64,000 nt of DNA, taken from the NCBI GenBank assembly GCA_002269645.1, contig NIVC01002392.1, positions 1 to 64,000 on the forward strand. The letters are read 5' to 3'. This stretch comes from Macrostomum lignano. Taxonomy: Eukaryota. The notes below the pieces were generated by a model. The model made no database searches and had not been told where the DNA came from. It saw only the letters and a program-made list of their open reading frames with translations. The position numbers were made by a program, and so were the translations under genes. Positions 34,038 to 64,000 of the stretch are shown here, piece by piece (the first letter of the stretch is position 1; each line of letters starts with the position of its first letter).

Positions 34038-35326
34038 AAAGGCCTATTGGCTCGAAAGTCGATAGTTAAAATACAAAGAATTCAGACATACGAGCTAAAT
34101 CCTGCAAGCATCGACTTAGACGAAAGCGAGATTATAACTGAAAGTACAAGTCGCAATTGCAGATAAATTTACATATCAAACTAAACGAAAGTTGTTTATC
34201 TGAACTGGTGCCACTATACAGCACCGGGTGCTCAGAGCACGCATGCCAAATTTTTAATCGTAATTATTCTTGTAAAACTTTTTTGAAGGTTCAATAATTT
34301 TATTTCCAAAGCAAAAGCGCCTATATATAACATTCTTTCATTCTTTCCTCTTGCGTAAGATTATTTCATGCTCCTTAAAGACGATTTACCAAAAATGTGA
34401 AAAAAAGGTTTGCATGACTCAATTTTTTGGCCTTGTTCGGTTTCAAAAAATATACAAAATAATTATTAAAGTGTTTTTAGACAGCAAAAAGTGTTAATCA
34501 AAATTTGATTCCAGCTTTCATTTGATTTATTACTGATGTGCACCGAAGCGAAGCGGCGGTATGCACAGGGGATCGGGAGGGGGGGGGCTGTACACAGTTG
34601 ATCGAGAGTCAAACAGACTCAACCGCAACATCACTCAGATAAACATAAAAATTGTTCAGAAAATTCTATTTTCAGCTGTGGATCTCGAATGCAAAACGCT
34701 AGCAAAAAACAATACAAATATTACGAGCCACATAAAATATGCTTGCAAATATCACCAATTGTGAAGAAGCTGCTGTTTAAAACTGCTTCTACAGTTTTTG
34801 CTCTGCAAGGAGAGACGTGCATCCGCAACTAGGCCAGCATGTAGCTTGATAATGTACAATCGGGCACCGCATGCACCAAGCAGAAGGGTGCTACTCTTGC
34901 AGATCGTGCATAGGTGCAGATTCGGTTTCGAATGTACCGCACGAGTGCTTGAAGCTCAGGATGAGAGGCACAGGTGAGACAGGGAGCAGAAAAAATATTT
35001 AAAACTCACTGGCATTAAGAGAGCGCAACACTGATGAGATGCCCGGACTTCCATTCAAGAAGCATTCAAGAGATTTATGATTTTAGACTTCATATCCTCG
35101 TCATCGAATGTCTAAAAGGCAAGAAAGTTGCCTATTTAGTGCTAAAGCAGGGGCAAATCACGCGTCACGCCCTTTTGCTGCCAGGTGTTTTTTAATGATC
35201 GGCATTACCCATGCAAATCTAAGTACTAATTAAAATGTAGAATGTTTTTCAGCAATGCATTAATTAAAAAACAGTTTTTTGTGTAGTTTACAATTGTAAT
35301 ACAGAGAAGCTGCCCCAGTGAATTTT

Positions 35327-44115
<8,789 letters not shown>

Positions 44116-45201
44116 TGCAGAAAAGAATTGGAATTTCAAAGAAATTAAAATGCGAAGTGGCTACAGAAGCGCTAGCAGGGAGCTTTCCATGTTTAGCCAG
44201 CAATGCCTCAGCTGCTGCTGAAAAAAGCAAAAGCAAGTCGAGCAGACAAAAAAGCGCTTGAAGTCTTCTTTTATTGCTGCTTTTTCTGTCTCTTCTTCTT
44301 TTTAAGGCTATGAGGCTTCGGTCCTTATCTTTTGAGTTCAAGGCTGAGACGGACGGCAATATGGACTGCCTGTCCCAGTCCTATTGTGTCCAGAGCCTTC
44401 CTCACCTTGGCTCTGTCAAAACTACTCAGAACGTTTTGGTTAGCAACTGGCAGAGCTCGGGGGGGGGGGCTGGCTCGACCCTCTCTGCTAAGAGAGTCGA
44501 GAACTCACTGAGCGAGCGGGCGTGTGCTCAAGGGTGGGTCGAACTCGGTGATGGATGGACAATATTCTTTCTATAATACGCTCGTAAAAAAATATGAGAT
44601 GAAGCTGCGTGCGTGTGTGTGGAGATTCTGAGTCACTCGAGAGACGGAGTGGCAGAGCAAAGAGGCAGAATAATTCGCAAGTGTGCTGGTGCGTGCCAGG
44701 CGCACAGAGCCGCAGGGCCTGGGCTTCATAAACACACAGAGCGCACACAATCAGGCAGACAGACAGGCAGAACCAACCACAGTTTGTTTGTGTTCAGTAA
44801 ACTTGTCTTGAGAGCAAGAGGCGCCCTGTTTGCTAAGAAATTGCCTGGAGCGGCAGGGTGCAGTGCAAGCAAGAGGGAGACAGTGATGAAAAATGAAAAT
44901 GCAGAGATGAAGCAGAAAAGAATTGAGCTTGAAAGCTTGGCAGCTGCAACAGAAGCTGAAATTATGCATTTTTGTCTACAGTAGCATCTGCTACCATAAT
45001 GGGGCGAAGAAGAGATGGTGGCTTACTTTTTACAAGCCTAAAACAGCGGGGCGCCTTGTAGCTCTGCAGAATTTACAAGCTGCCGTCATAAATAACACGA
45101 TAAGGTGGATAAGCATTTCCCTTTGATGCTCTGAGCTGCACGTTTGGGACAAGGGGGTGAATGGCACCTGCGGAATGGAAAATGCCAGCTCAGAAGGCGC
45201 C

Positions 45202-45577
45202 GTGAGGGGCGCCAACTGGGTGTTGTGAGGGGTGCCAACTGGGTGTTGTGAGTGGCGCTAACTGGGTGTTGTGAGTGGCGCTAACTGGGTGTTGTGAGTG
45301 GCGCTAACTGGGTGTTGTGAGTGGCGCCAACTGGGTGTTGTGAGGGGCGCCAACTGGGTGTTGTGAGGGGCGCCAACTGGGTGTTGTGAGGGGCGCCAAC
45401 TGGGTGTTGTGAGTGGCGCCAACTGGGTGTTGTGAGGGGCGCCAACTGGGTGTTGTGCGTGGCGCCAACTGGATGTTGTGAGGGGCGCCAACTGGGTGTT
45501 GTGAGGGGCGCCAACTGGGTGTTGTGAGGGGCACCAACTGGGTGTTGTGAGGAGCGCCAACTGGGTGTTGTGAGTGG
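45202..45577. repeat. 23-bp minisatellite (CCAACTGGGTGTTGTGAGGGGCG), ~16 copies
   Basis: Tandem array. Confidence 0.95.
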
Positions 45578-46174
45578 TGGCGACAGGGAACCCGGAGGGG
45601 TGCTTAGCCATCTGAGAACTGCTCCATTAGCATTTAAAGAGGCTCAAACAAAAACAGATAACGTAAAAACTATATTCGCTATTTTAGAATCAGCATTTTC
45701 GTAATATTGTAATGTATTGCAAACTACGGTATCTGCTTCTTTTTGCCAACTTATTGCTACAAGTTGCTTTTGCCTTGCTTCTTTCTGTTCGTCCCCCTCT
45801 CTCTCTGTGCCTTTTGTGTCTCTGCATGTCTCCAGTAGCGCGTACTCGGGCTTCGGTTCTCCTTCATTGAATAACGGCATTTTCAACTAACTGAATAAAA
45901 TAATAAGAAGTGGCCCACGGCTGTCTGGCTGCGGAATTCAGTTCCATGCCTGAGACCTGACTGTCTGCACTGTTTATGCGCACTGCGATACCCCTCAGCC
46001 CGCTCCGCCTTTCAGCTTTCCATTGAACAAGTCTGCATTTGGGGCATTGGACTGCTGGGGACGAACGCATGACCGCGTTTCCGGGCGGCTCTTGCTGGCG
46101 AACTGGCAACCGCTTGGGCCTGACAGTGAACACCCAATACAAGCAAGCGCTTGCGACTCCGACTGGCATTTGAC

Positions 46175-46435
46175 AGATCTTTGTAACCAAATCACCTGTC
46201 TTTTGGTGGATCTTTGTAACCACATCACCTGTCTTTTGGTAGATCTTTGTAACCACATCAGCTGTCTCAAATGGAACTCTGTAACCACATCACCTGTCTT
46301 TTGCTGGATCTTTGTAACCACATCACCTGTCTTTTAGTGGATCTTTGTAACCACATCACCTGTCTTTTGGTGGATCTTTGTAACCACATCACCTGTCTTT
46401 TGGTAGATCTTTGTAACCACATCACCTGTCTTTTG
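46175..46435. repeat. 33-bp minisatellite (GATCTTTGTAACCACATCACCTGTCTTTTGGTG), ~8 copies
   Basis: Tandem array; related to 50655-51990. Confidence 0.9.
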
Positions 46436-46683
46436 ATATCTGTTCACTTTAAAACCTATATTATCTGTGAATTTCTAAAACAATTTAGACAGCAAGTTCT
46501 AATATTATGATAATTTGATTCAAATTAGCCAATTGTCATGTGACACTTGTAAGTGTGTACTACGGTTGCATGTTGTGCTACTAGTTGCAGTAGAGTATGC
46601 CGATTATGCTGTTTTTCTTACGAAAGTGATTAATTAAAACTTAAGTAATAGCTGAACCGAAACTCTGCTTAATTAGCTACAGA

Positions 46684-46912
46684 ATGGAAATCTCAGGTGT
46701 GGAATGGAAATCTCAGGTGTGGATTGGAAATCTCAGGTGTGGAATGGAAATCTCAGGTATGGATTGGATATCTCAGGGTGTGGAATGGAAATCCCATGTT
46801 TGGACTGGAAATCTCAGGTATGGAAAGGAAATCTCAGATGTGAATTGGAAACTTAGGTGTGTAAAATGGAAATCTCAGGTGTGGACTGAAAATCTCAGGT
46901 TGTGGAAGGGCA
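46684..46912. repeat. ~20-bp degenerate minisatellite (GGAAATCTCAGGTGTGGAAT)
   Basis: About 11 diverged copies. Confidence 0.8.
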
Positions 46913-47387
46913 AATCTCATTTTACTGCATGAAATCATGTGGCTACATAGAAAACTACTGGCAAGCGCTGCAAGCCTCTCCAACAAAGGGAGGCCCCTCC
47001 TGCGACCTGAATCAATTCATAAATCCCAGCTGGCCCTGATCGGCCCGCAGGCCTCCAGCCAATCAGGGAGGCCTTTGAAACAGCGGGTCGGGCTGATGAT
47101 TGATAAGTGAATTCAGGCAGTCTCTGCGACCCGATTCTGGACCACCAGCCCGGTTTGCCGCCCCCGCGCCTTTCCGCCTTATTCAAAGCCAAGCAGCCGG
47201 GAGAGTTGAGCACCGCTTCTCGCGCAAGTTACCGCGTGAGTCACTTTTCAGTTGCACTTTCTACTTTTCAGTTGTTTGTCGGGCGTCACCCTGGATACCA
47301 AATTCCTTTTCCGGTATCCCGAACTGCTTTTGTCGTATATTGGGAAATTTCGTTCTCAGAAACAATGCAACGTTTTTTCCACCTAAA

Positions 47388-48150
47388 TAATCCCATAAAA
47401 TCCCACCTCAATTATCCCATAAAATCCCACCTCAAATAGCCCACAGAATCCCACCTCAATTATCCCATAAAATCCCACCTCAAATAGCCCACAGAATCCC
47501 ACCTCAATTATCCTGCAGAATCCCACCTCAATTATCCCATAAAATCCCACCTCAATTATCCCACAGAATCCCACCTCAATTATCCCACAGAATCCCACCT
47601 CAATTATCCTGCAGAATCCCACCTCAATTATCCCATAGAATCCCACCTCAATTATCCTGCAGAATCCCACCTCAATTATCCCATAGAATCCCACCTCAAT
47701 TATCCTGCAGAATCCCACCTCAATTATCCCATAGAATCCCACCTCAATTATCCCACAGAATCCCACCTCAATTATCCCATAGAATCCCACCTCAATTATC
47801 CCACAGAATCCCACCTCAATTATCCCATAAAATCCCACCTCAATTAGCCCACAGAATCCCCCCTCAATTATCCTATAAAATCCCACCTCAATTATCCCAC
47901 AGAATCCCACCTCAATTATCCCATAAAATCCCACCTCAATTATCCCATAGAATCCCACCTCAATTATCCTGCAGAATCCCACCTCAATTATCCCATAGAA
48001 TCCCACCTCAATTATCCTGCAGAATCCCACCTCAATTATCCCATAGAATCCCACCTCAATTGTCCCACAGAATCTCACCTCAGCTATCCCATAGAATCCC
48101 ACTTCAATTATCTCACAGAATCCCACCTCACTTGTCCCACAGAATCCCAA
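47388..48150. repeat. 24-bp minisatellite (AGAATCCCACCTCAATTATCCCAT), ~31 copies
   Basis: Tandem array with variant units. Confidence 0.95.
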
Positions 48151-48654
48151 ATTATTATCTGGAATCCCAGCCTATAATTCTCAAAATGAGGGGCAACCTG
48201 AACCTATTTCTAGCCACAGCTCACCTCAAGCGAGCCGTTCGATAATTGCTTCGCCCGTTGGAAAGCAAAATTCTCAGGGAGTCTGTCAATCACTTTGAGC
48301 TGAAAACTGAAAACTTTGACGGGCAATCAGCCCCTCGTTTCTCCGCCTCCTTCTCAAACCCCCGCAGAGGTATTTCCCGTCCGTCAAATCCCATCTTCAG
48401 CCGAGCCAAGAGACCTGTCAATCCATATGTGGTGCTGCCAGAGCTCCAACCTGGACTGACAGCTTAGCAGCTCACAGGCAGTTGCTGGGGAGGGGAGGTG
48501 AGTAGGGATAGAGCTCTTTCTGTCTGTCGTCTGCATGTAATTGGTGATTAGTTAACAGAAGCAAGTCCGCTACAAATTCTGCAACAATCTGTGTTTTTTT
48601 CTTCGGGTGAAATATTATACCCCCTAGCGTTCCAAACGTTATGGACGCCTCTGT

Positions 48655-48920
48655 CTCTTACCTGGAATCACTCAGCTCTTACCTGGAATCACTCAGCTCT
48701 TACCTGGAATCACTCAGCTCTTACCTGGAATCACTCAGCTCTTACCTGGAATCACTCAGCTCTTACCTGGAATCACTCAGCTCTTACCTGGAATCACTCA
48801 GCTCTTACCTGGAATCACTCAGCTCTTACCTGGAATCACTCAGCTCTTACCTGGAATCACTCAGCTCTTACCTGGAATCACTCAGCTCTTACTTGGAATC
48901 ACTCAGGTCTTACCTGGAAT
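48655..48920. repeat. 21-bp minisatellite (CTCTTACCTGGAATCACTCAG), ~12 copies
   Basis: Near-perfect tandem array. Confidence 0.95.
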
Positions 48921-49165
48921 GTACTGCCGCAGGGTAATCACATTAATTAGGAAAAAGGACTGACTCACAAAATATCGATCCAAGAGCCGACTTAAACAGC
49001 TCCACTTACTGGCCAACTCAGCCAGTTAATCTGCACCGTAAACGCTCAGTACATTCAAGTGGTCTTCTCGAAAAGAAGGAAAACTCTTCATTCTATTTGG
49101 TTTCAAAATAGTTCTTTGTATTTGATTCGAGGGCAGACTGGCGCAGACAACGTTTAACTTCCAGA

Positions 49166-49470
49166 AATAATAATAATAACTGATTACACCTGCCCTAATG
49201 GCCAGATGTGCAACCGACAGCTCAGCAGCAGCTGTTTGCGCGGCGCATCTGAAGGCTGCGTACGGCTGTTCAGTCCAAGGACTGGGGGGTCGCCACACAC
49301 CCTCAATCACCCCAGCTAATGCTGGCACCCATTTTACAGCTGGGTGAACTGAAGCAATGCAGAGTTAAGTGTCTTGCTCAAGTACACAAATTGTTCCCAG
49401 TGGGATCGGGAATCGAACCCCCGACCTCTCAGTCGTGAGTCCGACTCTCTGACCACTAAGCAACAACCCC
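49166..49470 (-). mobile_element. tRNA-derived CORE-SINE (MIR-like core)
   Basis: Minus strand: A-box TGCTTAGTGG, B-box GGTTCGATTCCC, core CTTGAGCAAGACACTTAACTCTGC..CAGTT..CAGCTGTAAAATGGG, (TTA)n tail. Confidence 0.8.
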
Positions 49471-49919
49471 ACGTTCCAGAAAGAAAGCCTTAAGTATTTA
49501 ATTTAATTCTTTAAGAAATTTAATTTGGTTGTGGAAAAGTTGTTGGTAGTTTCTGTAGGATGAGGACTGTGTTTCCGTGGGTTTAGGCCTGGTTTAGATG
49601 GTTTTGGCTGGAGTTTAGGAAAGTTTGAATAGGGTTTCGGAGTGTTCAGTTGGGATTTTCTATAGAGTTTTGGCAGGATTTGTTAGAATTTGAAAGTTGG
49701 AGGTGGGTTTCAGAGGCTCTCGAAGTGTTTGAACACAAAATTGCCACTGATCACGCAACCCAAAACCTGTTCATTCGCAGCCACCAGCAGCACCTCAGCT
49801 TCGCCTCCGATGCTCAGCACTGCGGCACCCCGATGACAGCGCAGCCGTCCTGACGGCAGCCGGAACGCGAACCCTCCCGCTCTCCTATTTTTGAGCACAT
49901 CTCGACTCCCCTGACCAGC

Positions 49920-63402
<13,483 letters not shown>

Positions 63403-64000
63403 CACAGGCAAATAATCAGATTGTGGCAGATACCGGATGCTGGTTAACCAACGTCATTGATTTCTCTGGAGGCTAATGTACACAGCTGGATCTAGCGAAT
63501 ACTACGTTGATAGATTGATAGATTTTATCATCTCTTTTTGGTGGACAGAAACAAGAAACCACAAGTTTGCACAGTGTGCTGTGTCCTTTTCTAAATCGAA
63601 TGCAAATATTTTCTGACGTTGGCAGAAAATGCTTTTGTTACTCATAATCTTCGATAAATAATTGCGTTGCTAATAGTGAAAATACTTTGCATTGTGTTAC
63701 CTGCCGTGCTTGTGCATGAAGCGCCCCAGAACCTGTACGGGTACTGCTGCACCTCTTGCATGTCCACTCATGCTTCTTAATGTTGTCGTATATCGCACCG
63801 AACAATGGATCAATAAAGGTCTAATGAAGGCCCGTCGTCTGCAGGCTAAATTTCCCTCAGCTCATATTGGTTGCTTAAAGGTGAATTGATACAGGATAAG
63901 AGCTGGGCCTTAGAGGAACACGAGGGTCAGGCCTTCAAAATCGATGCAAATCGGTCCGACATCTCTCTCCAGACCGATGTGTCTCTTTCCAGACCGATTT

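Noticed and set aside
49381-49470. tRNA gene
   Set aside because: Has A/B boxes but no complete cloverleaf and continues into a SINE core and tail, so annotated as a SINE.

Overview
Repeat-rich invertebrate (metazoan) genomic DNA with GT-AG introns; gene style and repeat content are consistent with a flatworm such as Macrostomum, which is inference only. 1-26 kb is dominated by nested mobile elements. These are: (i) a very young 11.2-kb LTR element with 2.2-kb LTRs encoding only Gag and protease; (ii) a solo LTR of the same family carrying an ~870-bp insertion, two CCGG-targeted Ginger-like TIR elements and a full-length but inactivated CsRn1-clade Gypsy; these are flanked by two paralogous secreted PAN/apple + fibrinogen-domain genes. 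28-34 kb holds two ankyrin paralogs, one of which splices into a catalytically dead caspase domain. 35-44 kb is a compact Notch-like receptor gene (7 EGF, 2 LNR, TM, RAM, ANK, PEST) with a Chapaev DNA transposon in its last intron. 50-63.4 kb is a five-exon D2-like dopamine receptor gene. Many minisatellites and microsatellites, a CORE-SINE and retroposon fragments fill the introns. All calls were made by eye from the sequence and ORF track; no database searches were run.
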